NCBI GenBank assembly: GCA_044223005.1
Contig: JBGAML010000013.1
Location: 72,489 to 136,488, forward strand
Direction: 5' to 3'
Source of the DNA: Candidatus Eiseniibacteriota bacterium
Lineage (GTDB): Bacteria > Eisenbacteria > RBG-16-71-46
Length of the DNA stretch: 64,000 nt
The position numbers were made by a program, and so were the translations under genes. The notes beneath the pieces were generated by a model. The model did no database searches and had not been told where the DNA came from. It worked only from the letters and a program-made list of their open reading frames with translations. Shown here in pieces: positions 24,134 to 31,765 of the stretch; position 1 is the stretch's first letter; the number at the start of each line of letters is the position of its first letter.

Positions 24134-24428
24134 CAGCGTGCTCGAGGCCGCGGACCACGAGCTGCTCGAGCGGCTCGCGCGCCGCATCGTCGACCTGCGT
24201 CTCGAGACGCCGGCGATCCTCGCGCTCGAGACCGCGCGGCCGGTGACGTTTCTCGCGTCGCAGGCGATGGTGTTCTTCGAGCCGTTCGCACAGGCCATGT
24301 TCCGCCTGCCGGACTACCGGCGGTTCGCGGCGCTGGCCGAGCGGCGCGAGGCGTTGGAGGTGCTGACGGTGCGGATCGAGACGCTCGCCGGGGACCGCGA
24401 CGCCGCACCGCGCGGGGGGCCGGCGTGA
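24114..24428 (+). CDS. small conserved hypothetical helical protein
   Basis: ELLERLARRIVDLRLETPAILALETARPVTFLASQAMVFFEPF. Overlaps both neighbours. Confidence 0.7.
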   Translation: MAAPAPDSVLEAADHELLERLARRIVDLRLETPAILALETARPVTFLASQAMVFFEPFAQAMFRLPDYRRFAALAERREALEVLTVRIETLAGDRDAAPRGGPA

Positions 24429-26254
24429 GCGCGCCGATCCGGCCCGAAGCGGTTCGTTCGGTGCTCGCCACCGACTGCGGCTCCACGACGACGAAGGCCA
24501 TCCTCGTCGAGCGCGGGCCCGACGGCTTCCGTCTCGCGGCGCGCGGCGAGGCGCCGACGACCGTCGAGGCGCCGTTCGAGGACGTGACGCGCGGTGTGCT
24601 CAATGCGGTACGCGAGGTGGAGGAGCTTCGCGGGCGCCGGCTGCTCGACGGCGACCGCATTCTTTCGCCGCAGGTGGGCGAAGACGGCGTGGACCTCTAC
24701 CTGTCCACGTCGAGCGCGGGCGGCGGGCTGCAGATGATGGTGTCCGGCCTGGTGATGCAGATGACGGGCGAGAGCGCCCAGCGGGCGGCGCTCGGCGCGG
24801 GCGCGATCGTGATGGACGTGATGGCGCTCAACGACGGCCGACGGCCGCACGAGAAGATCCGCCGGCTGCGCGAGCTGCGCCCCGACATGATCCTGATGTC
24901 CGGGGGGACCGACGGCGGCGACGTGCGCCGCGTCGCCGAGATGGCCGAGCTGCTGGCGGCGGCCGATCCGCGCGCGCGCCTCGGCGCCGGCTACCAGCTC
25001 CCGGTCATCTACGCCGGCAATCCCGCCGCGGCGGGCGTGGTGCGCGACGCCCTCGCGGCGCGCACGGCGCTCACGGTCGTCGACAACCTGCGGCCGTCGC
25101 TCGAGCGCGAGAACCTGGGCCCGGCCCGCGACGCGATCCACGAGCTGTTCATGGAGCACGTGATGGCGCACGCGCCGGGCTACCGGAAGCTGATGGAATG
25201 GTCACCCGTGCCGATCCTGCCGACGCCCGGCGCCGTCGGGCGCATGATCGAGCAGGTCGCGCGTCGCGACGGCATCTCGGTCGTCGGCGTGGACATCGGG
25301 GGCGCCACCACCGACGTGTTCTCGGTGTTCCGCACGCCCGAGGGCGAGAGCGTCTTTCACCGCACGGTGTCCGCGAACCTCGGCATGAGCTACTCGGTCT
25401 CCAACGTGCTCGCCGAAGCCGGCATCGCGGGCATCCTGCGCTGGGTGCCGTTCGCCGTGGACGAGGGCGAGCTGCGGAACCGGATCCAGAACAAGATGAT
25501 CCGCCCGACCTCGATCCCGCAGGCGCTCGAGGACCTCGTGATCGAGCAGGCGATCTGCCGCGAGGCGCTGCGGCTGTCGTTCGACCAGCATCGCGCGCTG
25601 GCGGTGGGGCTCAAGGGCCGCCAGCAGTCGCGCGACATCTCGCACGCGCTCGACCGCTCGGAGGCGGGCGAGTCGATCGTCGACCGCATGGCGCTCGACC
25701 TCCTCGTCGGCTCCGGTGGCGTGCTGTCGCACGCGCCGCGCCGCGCGCAGGCCATGCTGATGATGATCGACGCGTTCCTGCCGGAGGGCGTGACCGAACT
25801 GGCGGTGGACAGCATCTTCATGACGCCGCAGCTCGGCGTGCTCTCGACGGTGCTCCCGGAGGCGGCGACCGAGGTGTTCGATCGCGACTGCCTCGTGCCG
25901 CTCGGCGCCTGCGTCGCGCCGGTGGGCCCGGGCCGTGCGGGCCAGGCGTGCGTGCAGGTCGAGGTGCGTGGCGAGGGATCTCCGGTGTCGCGGCGCGTGG
26001 CGTATGGCACGGTCGAGCGGATTCCCACCGGTTCCGCGGCCGCGGTGACGATCGTCGCGACGCCCGAGCGGGGATTCGACGTGGGCGCGGGCCGCGGCCG
26101 CCCGGTGGAACGGCGCGTGCGCGCGGGCGAGGTCGGCGTGGTCGTCGACACCCGTGGGCGGCAGCCGTTCGCGCTGCCGGAGGGTTCCGACGCGCGCCTC
26201 GCGGCGCTGCGGGAGTGGAACCGCGCGCTCGCCCTCTACCCGAGGGAATCCTGA
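24425..26254 (+). CDS. glutamate mutase L (GlmL)-like ASKHA-fold ATPase
   Basis: Actin-like ATPase motifs TDCGSTTTKA and VDIGGATTDV, plus SSAGGGL, PDMILMSGGTDGG, RTVSANLGMSYS and GSGGVLSH. Confidence 0.8.
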   Translation: MSAPIRPEAVRSVLATDCGSTTTKAILVERGPDGFRLAARGEAPTTVEAPFEDVTRGVLNAVREVEELRGRRLLDGDRILSPQVGEDGVDLYLSTSSAGGGLQMMVSGLVMQMTGESAQRAALGAGAIVMDVMALNDGRRPHEKIRRLRELRPDMILMSGGTDGGDVRRVAEMAELLAAADPRARLGAGYQLPVIYAGNPAAAGVVRDALAARTALTVVDNLRPSLERENLGPARDAIHELFMEHVMAHAPGYRKLMEWSPVPILPTPGAVGRMIEQVARRDGISVVGVDIGGATTDVFSVFRTPEGESVFHRTVSANLGMSYSVSNVLAEAGIAGILRWVPFAVDEGELRNRIQNKMIRPTSIPQALEDLVIEQAICREALRLSFDQHRALAVGLKGRQQSRDISHALDRSEAGESIVDRMALDLLVGSGGVLSHAPRRAQAMLMMIDAFLPEGVTELAVDSIFMTPQLGVLSTVLPEAATEVFDRDCLVPLGACVAPVGPGRAGQACVQVEVRGEGSPVSRRVAYGTVERIPTGSAAAVTIVATPERGFDVGAGRGRPVERRVRAGEVGVVVDTRGRQPFALPEGSDARLAALREWNRALALYPRES

Positions 26255-26256
26255 CG

Positions 26257-27381
26257 ATGGCCCACGCCTACACGCCCGGATTGCGCGTCGCCGATGCGGC
26301 CACGGTGCGCCGCGAGCGGCGGCTGCCGCTGCACGGCGAGGTGCTCGTGACGGTGGGCGCCGAGGTGGGGCCGGACACGGTGGTGGCGCGCGCGCAGTTG
26401 CCGGGCAACGTGCAGGCGCTTCCGCTCGCGGCGCGGCTGGGTCTCGATCCTGCGCAGGTGCTGAAGGCGCTCCAGGTCCCCGTGGGCGCGACGGTGCGCG
26501 CGGGCGAGCGGCTCGCGGAGTGGAAGGGGCTGCTCGGGCTCGTGCGCACGACGGTCGAGGCGCCCGTCGACGGCACCGTCGAGAGCGTCTCCACCGTGAC
26601 GGGCCAGCTCCTGCTGCGCGAGCCGCCGATCCCGGTCGAGGTCGCCGCGTACGTGCGCGGCCGGGTGGCGGAGGTGCTGCCGGGCGAGGGCGTGGTGGTG
26701 GAATCCAGCGGCGCGCTGGTGCAGGGCATCTTCGGCGTCGGCGGCGAGACGTTCGGGCCGTTGCGCATCGCGGCCCCGGGGCCCGAGGCGGAGCTTTCGG
26801 TACGCGACCTCGCCGCGGTGAAGCGGGGCGACGTGGTGGTGGCCGGGGCGTTCGTGACCGCGGCAACGCTCGAGGCCGCGCGCGAACGCGGCGTGGCCGC
26901 GGTGGTGGTCGGCGGGTTCGACGGCGGCGACCTGCGCCGGCTGCTCGGGCGCGATCTCGGCGTCGCGATCACGGGCGGTGAGGCGATCGGCTTCACGCTC
27001 GTGATGACCGAAGGCTTCGGCCGGATCCCGATGGCGCCCCGGACCTGGGATCTGCTGCGGCGCCTCGAGGGCCGCGTCGCCTCGGTGAGTGGTGCGACGC
27101 AGATCCGCGCCGGTGTCCTGCGTCCCGAGATCCTCGTGCCGGGCGAGGCGCCGGGCGGTGCGGCGGCGAGCGCCGCGGACGACGGCGGCCTGGCCGTGGG
27201 CTCGCTCGTGCGCATGATCCGCGAGCCGGGCTTCGGCCGGCTCGGCCGCGTCGTCGAGCTCCCCAGCGAACTGCAGGCGCTCGAGACGGAGGCGCGCGTG
27301 CGCGTGCTCGTGCTCGAGTTCGCCGACAGCAGTGGCCGTGCGACCGTTCCGCGCGCCAACGTGGAGCGGCTGGCGCCGTGA
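26257..27381 (+). CDS. conserved hypothetical multidomain protein (barrel-sandwich hybrid-like, swiveling-like and C-terminal KOW/SH3-like regions)
   Basis: Starts MAHAYTPGL. VPVGATVRAGERLAE..EAPVDGTV; GDVVVAGAFVT..ARERGVAAVVVGG; VGSLVRMIREPGFGRLGRVVE. Confidence 0.8.
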   Translation: MAHAYTPGLRVADAATVRRERRLPLHGEVLVTVGAEVGPDTVVARAQLPGNVQALPLAARLGLDPAQVLKALQVPVGATVRAGERLAEWKGLLGLVRTTVEAPVDGTVESVSTVTGQLLLREPPIPVEVAAYVRGRVAEVLPGEGVVVESSGALVQGIFGVGGETFGPLRIAAPGPEAELSVRDLAAVKRGDVVVAGAFVTAATLEAARERGVAAVVVGGFDGGDLRRLLGRDLGVAITGGEAIGFTLVMTEGFGRIPMAPRTWDLLRRLEGRVASVSGATQIRAGVLRPEILVPGEAPGGAAASAADDGGLAVGSLVRMIREPGFGRLGRVVELPSELQALETEARVRVLVLEFADSSGRATVPRANVERLAP

Positions 27382-27405
27382 GCATCTGCGATCGTCGTTC
27401 GTGCG

Positions 27406-27435
27406 TTGACGCCGGGGCCGCGGCGCTGCTACACC
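27406..27435 (+). promoter_or_regulatory. possible internal promoter before the membrane module
   Basis: TTGACG-18-TACACC with an extended TG; the -10 is imperfect. Confidence 0.35.
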
Positions 27436-27485
27436 GCCTGCGGCGCCCGCGATCCGGCGGGCCGTCCGCGTCCACGGGAGGGACC

Positions 27486-28703
27486 TTGCGCTCGCTCGCT
27501 CGCCGAAGGCCGGAGGTCGTGCGCCGGGCGTTCGCGCTCGCCGCCGCCGGTGCGCTGCTCGCCGTGCTGGGCGCGGTGCACGCCGCGCTCGCCTCGGCGC
27601 CCGAGCCCGGGGCGACTCCCGCGCCGGCCGCCGCGACCGGGCTCATGTACGCCGACGTGCCCAACGACGCGGGCCGCGCGGTGTCGCTGCGCTGGACGCG
27701 ATCGGCGGACGACTCCGCGGGGCGCGGACTCGTGACGGCCTACGTCCTCGAGCGTGCGCTCGCCCCGGGCGGACCGTGGAGCGACGTCGACACGCTCGCG
27801 GCGGGCACGGAGATCGCGGTCGACCGCACGGTGGCGCGCGACACCCCCTACTTCTACCGCGTCTCGACGCTGGGCCCGGGTGGCCGCACGCCCGCCGGCG
27901 CCGTGGCCGGCCCGGCGATCGCACGCGCCACGTGGTTCAACACGACCCGCGGCTCGGTGCTGGCGTTCCTCGTCCTCTTCTTCGCGCTCGTGCTCGGCTA
28001 CATGTCGCTCGCGCACTCGGGCCGGCGCCCGTTCGTGCGGCGCCTGCGCGGAATCGACGCGATCGAGGAAGCGGTGGGCCGGGCGACGGAGATGGGGCGG
28101 CCGGTGCTCTACGTGCCCGGCATCCAGGACATCGACGAGATCCAGACGGTCGCGAGTCTCGTGGTGCTGGAGAGCGTCGCGAAGATGACCGCGCGCTACG
28201 CGACCCCGATCCGCGTGCCGGTCGCGTACCCGATCCCGTTCACGATCGCGCAGGAGACGGTGCGGGCGAGCTACCAGAACGCCGGCGTGCCGGACGCCGT
28301 CGAGCCCGACGCGGTGCGCTTCGTTTCCCCGGAGCAGTTCGCGTACGTGGCGGCGATCACCGGCATCATCCTGCGCGACCGGCCGGCCGCGCACCTGTTC
28401 CTGGGGTCGTTCTACGGCGAGTCGCTCATGCTGGCCGAAACCGGCTACTCGACGGGCGCGATCCAGGTCGCCGGCACCGCGAACGTGCACCAGCTGCCGT
28501 TCTTCGTCGTCGCCTGCGACCACACGCTGATCGGCGAGGAGCTGTTCGCGGCCAGCGCCTACCTCTCGGGCGATCCGCGGCTGGTGGGCGGACTCAAGGG
28601 CGCGGACGTCGTGAAGCTCGTGATCGTCGCGCTCGTGCTGCTGGGCTGCACGCTCGAGACCGTCGGGATCCACGGATTCACCGACTGGATGCGCACGCAA
28701 TGA
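27486..28703 (+). CDS. membrane protein with N-terminal fibronectin type III domain and DUF6754-like domain
   Basis: Signal peptide, FN3 motifs (DVPNDAGRAVSLRW...YFYRV), TM, soluble domain (IDAIEEAVGRATEMGRPV...LIGEELFAASAYLS), C-terminal TM. TTG 27486 follows GGGAGG; alternative start GTG 27378. Confidence 0.75.
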   Translation: MRSLARRRPEVVRRAFALAAAGALLAVLGAVHAALASAPEPGATPAPAAATGLMYADVPNDAGRAVSLRWTRSADDSAGRGLVTAYVLERALAPGGPWSDVDTLAAGTEIAVDRTVARDTPYFYRVSTLGPGGRTPAGAVAGPAIARATWFNTTRGSVLAFLVLFFALVLGYMSLAHSGRRPFVRRLRGIDAIEEAVGRATEMGRPVLYVPGIQDIDEIQTVASLVVLESVAKMTARYATPIRVPVAYPIPFTIAQETVRASYQNAGVPDAVEPDAVRFVSPEQFAYVAAITGIILRDRPAAHLFLGSFYGESLMLAETGYSTGAIQVAGTANVHQLPFFVVACDHTLIGEELFAASAYLSGDPRLVGGLKGADVVKLVIVALVLLGCTLETVGIHGFTDWMRTQ

Positions 28704-28713
28704 GGGCCCGGGC

Positions 28714-29394
28714 ATGAAGCGCGAGATCCCGATCGCCCTCACCGCCGTGATCGGCCTGTTCATGATCGCGGGCTTCTTCGTGCCGCACCCGTGGGTGAGC
28801 GTGCCCGCGGACTTCCTGCAGCAGTGCGCGGTGATCGTGGTCGCGTTCGGGTACGTGCTCGGCGGCGCCAACGTCCTGCGCGTGAATCTCGACGCGGTGT
28901 TCCGCCGGCAGCGGGACTGGCCGTACAAGATCCTCCTGCTGGTGGCCATGGGCGTGACGCTGGTGTTCGGGCTCGTGGTCGATCGCGCCGCGTTCCAGGA
29001 GCCGGGCACCGTCTCGCTCTGGATCTACAACCACGTCTACGTGCCCATGAACTCCACGATGTTCGCGCTGCTCGCGTTCTTCATCGCTTCGGCGGCGTTC
29101 CGCGCGTTCCGGATCCGCACGGCCGAGGCCGCGCTGCTCGCGGCGGCGGCGCTCGTCGTGATGATCGGGCGGGTGCCGGTGGGGGACGCGATCGTGCGCG
29201 CGCTGCTCGATCACGAGGGCCTCCCGCACGCGGTGCGTGCGTTCCACGTGAGCGACGTGCAGCAGTGGGTGATGGACGTGCCGCAGAACGCCGCCAAGCG
29301 TGCCGTGCTGATCGGCGCCGCGCTCGGCGTCATGGCGACCGGCCTGCGCGTCATCCTCGGGATCGAACGCACCACCATGGGCGGAGGGGGCTGA
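28714..29394 (+). CDS. hypothetical polytopic membrane protein
   Basis: About six TM segments; STMFALLAFFIASAAFRAFRIRT and AAKRAVLIGAALG..LRVILGIER. Confidence 0.82.
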   Translation: MKREIPIALTAVIGLFMIAGFFVPHPWVSVPADFLQQCAVIVVAFGYVLGGANVLRVNLDAVFRRQRDWPYKILLLVAMGVTLVFGLVVDRAAFQEPGTVSLWIYNHVYVPMNSTMFALLAFFIASAAFRAFRIRTAEAALLAAAALVVMIGRVPVGDAIVRALLDHEGLPHAVRAFHVSDVQQWVMDVPQNAAKRAVLIGAALGVMATGLRVILGIERTTMGGGG

Positions 29395-29395
29395 C

Positions 29396-30235
29396 GTGGA
29401 CCTTTCGCGCCTGCACGCGTTGGACCGCCGCTGGCTGTTCCTGCTCATGGGACTGCTGGTGCTCGGGCCGCTGCTCTGGCCGATCGGGCTCCCGATCGAG
29501 CCGACGCGCCCCAGCCGCCAGTTCGCCGGCGCCATCGACTCGCTCCCGGACGGCAGCCTCGTGCTCATGTCCTGCGACTACGATCCGGCCTCGCGCCCCG
29601 AGCTCGTGCCCATGACGCAGACGGCGCTCCGGCAGCTGTGGCGGAAGCACTGCCGCGTGGTGATCACGGTGCTCTGGAACGGCGGCCCGGCGCTCGTCGA
29701 CCAGACCGTCGAAGGCGTCGCCGGCGAGTTCCGCGCGCGCGGGGAGAAGCTCGTGGACGGCGTCGACTACGTGAACCTCGGCTACAAGGCGGGCAACGAG
29801 GCCGTGATGGTGCTCATGGGCCAGAGCGTGAAGGCCACGTTCCCGGTCGACCAGCATCGCCGGTCCACGGCGACGCTCCCGATCATGCGCGAGGTGGGCA
29901 ACTACTCGAGCTTCGCCATGCTGGTGAACATCTCCGCCGGCTACCCGGGCACCAAGGAGTGGGTGCAGCAGGTGAACTCGCGCTTCCACCTGCCGATGAT
30001 CTCCGGCTGCACCGCGGTGAGCGCGCCGGAGTACTACCCGTATCTGCAGTCGGGCCAGCTGCGGGGCCTGCTGGGCGGCATGGCGGGCGCGGCGGAATAC
30101 GAGAAGCTGTGCGGCGAGCGCGGTCCGGCCACGCGCGGCATGGACGCGCAGTCGCTCGCGCACCTGTTCATCGCCGCGTGCATCGTGCTCGGCAATGTCG
30201 CGGTCGCCCGCCGCGGGAAGGGCGGCGCCCGATGA
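29396..30235 (+). CDS. hypothetical membrane-anchored protein (TM-soluble domain-TM)
   Basis: N- and C-terminal TM; DYDPASRPEL, GVDYVNLGYKAG, YYPYLQSGQLRGLLGGMAGAAEYE. Confidence 0.82.
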   Translation: MDLSRLHALDRRWLFLLMGLLVLGPLLWPIGLPIEPTRPSRQFAGAIDSLPDGSLVLMSCDYDPASRPELVPMTQTALRQLWRKHCRVVITVLWNGGPALVDQTVEGVAGEFRARGEKLVDGVDYVNLGYKAGNEAVMVLMGQSVKATFPVDQHRRSTATLPIMREVGNYSSFAMLVNISAGYPGTKEWVQQVNSRFHLPMISGCTAVSAPEYYPYLQSGQLRGLLGGMAGAAEYEKLCGERGPATRGMDAQSLAHLFIAACIVLGNVAVARRGKGGAR

Positions 30236-30906
30236 ACGTGTCGCACGATTTCGGCATCTGGCTCGGCGCCCTGCTGACGCTCTGCGTGTTCTCGTTCCTC
30301 TGGCGCGACAACCCGCTCTACAAGTTCGCGGAGCACCTGTTCGTCGGCGTGTCGGCCGGCTACTACATCGTGCTCAACTACTGGACCGTGATCCACGCGA
30401 ACCTCGTTCGGCCGCTGCTCGCGGCGTTCGGCGGTCAGGCCGCGGGCGGACCGTGGCACGCGTCGCAGGGCGACTACCGCGCGTGGCTCGTGATCCCGGC
30501 AATCCTGGGCGTGCTGCTCTTCACCCGGCTCTTCTCGCGCTTCGACTGGCCGTCGCGCTGGTCTCTCGCGGTGATCCTCGGCGTGTACGCGGGCCTCAAG
30601 ACCACCGGCTTCGCGCAGGGCGACCTCGTCGCGCAGGTGCAGGCGAGCCTGCAGTCGCTCTGGATCCCGGGCCACCTGTGGGCGAGCGCCAACGCGATCC
30701 TCTTCACCGTCGGACTGCTCACCTCGCTGCTCTACTTCTACTACAGCCGCGAGCACAAGGGTGTGCTGGGCGGCGTGTCGCGCATCGGCGTCTGGTTCCT
30801 GATGCTGTCCTTCGGGGCCGGCTACGGTTACACGGTGATGTCGCGGGTCTCGCTGCTCATCGGGCGCTTCCAGTACCTCGTCGAGGACTGGCTGCACCTG
30901 CGCTGA
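30232..30906 (+). CDS. hypothetical polytopic membrane protein
   Basis: LTLCVFSFLWRDNPLYKFAEHLFVGVSAGY...FGAGYGYTVMSRVSLLIGR. ATGA overlap with the upstream gene. Confidence 0.82.
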   Translation: MNVSHDFGIWLGALLTLCVFSFLWRDNPLYKFAEHLFVGVSAGYYIVLNYWTVIHANLVRPLLAAFGGQAAGGPWHASQGDYRAWLVIPAILGVLLFTRLFSRFDWPSRWSLAVILGVYAGLKTTGFAQGDLVAQVQASLQSLWIPGHLWASANAILFTVGLLTSLLYFYYSREHKGVLGGVSRIGVWFLMLSFGAGYGYTVMSRVSLLIGRFQYLVEDWLHLR

Positions 30907-30918
30907 AACGCGCCGGCG

Positions 30919-31683
30919 ATGATCCTCTGGTGCGACGGCGGTCACGGCGCGCGGCTCAACATGGAGCGCGACGCCGCGCTGCTGGACGCGGTCGCGTCGG
31001 GGCGGCGGAGCGAGCCGGTGCTGCGGCTCTTCGCGTTCCGTCCCGCGGGCGTGACGCTGGGCCGGGCCCAGGATCCCGAGCGCGAACTCGACCTGGACGC
31101 CCTCGCCGCCGACGGCATCGAGTGGGCCGTGCGCCCGACCGGGGGCCGAGCGATCTTCCACGACGCCGAATGGACGTTCTCGCAAGCGCTGCCGCTCGCG
31201 GACGGTGCGGGCGCCGCCGAGACCGCGGCCGCGTACGCCCGCACGGGAGCGTGGCTCGCGGCGGCGCTCGGCGCGCTCGGCGTGCCCGCGACGCTCGCGC
31301 CCGGTTCGCCGCGGGGCGTCGGCGCGCCGCGCGGACACGGCGGCCCCGCGGCGCCGTGCTTCGCGTCGACGGCGCGGCACGAACTCGTGCTCGGCGGGCG
31401 CAAGCTCGCCGGAATCGCCCAGCGCCACGTGCGCGGCGCCCTGCTCCAACAGGGCAGCCTGCTGCTGGGGCCGACGCACCTGCGGCTGGCCGACTACCTC
31501 CGGCTCGATCCCGCGAGCCGCGATGCCGCGCGTTCGGCTCTCGCGGAGGCGGCCACCGACATGAACGCTCACCTGCCGCCGGACGCGGCACTCGAGCGGC
31601 TGGCCGATGCCCTCGCGGCGACGGGCGCGGTCTCGCGGCGGCTGGACGGCGAGGGAGGGGCACGCGCACTCGGGCTCGCATGA
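30919..31683 (+). CDS. lipoate--protein ligase / octanoyltransferase (LipM/LplA catalytic domain)
   Basis: NMERDAALL, VRPTGGRAIFH, PCFAS...GRKLAGIAQR, LQQGSLLL. Confidence 0.85.
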   Translation: MILWCDGGHGARLNMERDAALLDAVASGRRSEPVLRLFAFRPAGVTLGRAQDPERELDLDALAADGIEWAVRPTGGRAIFHDAEWTFSQALPLADGAGAAETAAAYARTGAWLAAALGALGVPATLAPGSPRGVGAPRGHGGPAAPCFASTARHELVLGGRKLAGIAQRHVRGALLQQGSLLLGPTHLRLADYLRLDPASRDAARSALAEAATDMNAHLPPDAALERLADALAATGAVSRRLDGEGGARALGLA

Positions 31684-31693
31684 CGCGCGGGCG

Positions 31694-31722
31694 TTGCCCG
31701 GCCGGTTCGACGTTCCTATACT
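31694..31722 (+). promoter_or_regulatory. sigma70-type promoter for the peptide ABC operon
   Basis: TTGCCC-17-TATACT. Confidence 0.55.
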
Positions 31723-31765
31723 GCGGCGATCCGGGCGCGAGGCCGCCGGTCCATCGGGAGGTGAC

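Noticed and set aside
24425..26254. 'MutL' family name suggests a mismatch-repair partner for mutS
   Set aside because: It has ASKHA motifs of glutamate mutase L, not the GHKL motifs of DNA-repair MutL.
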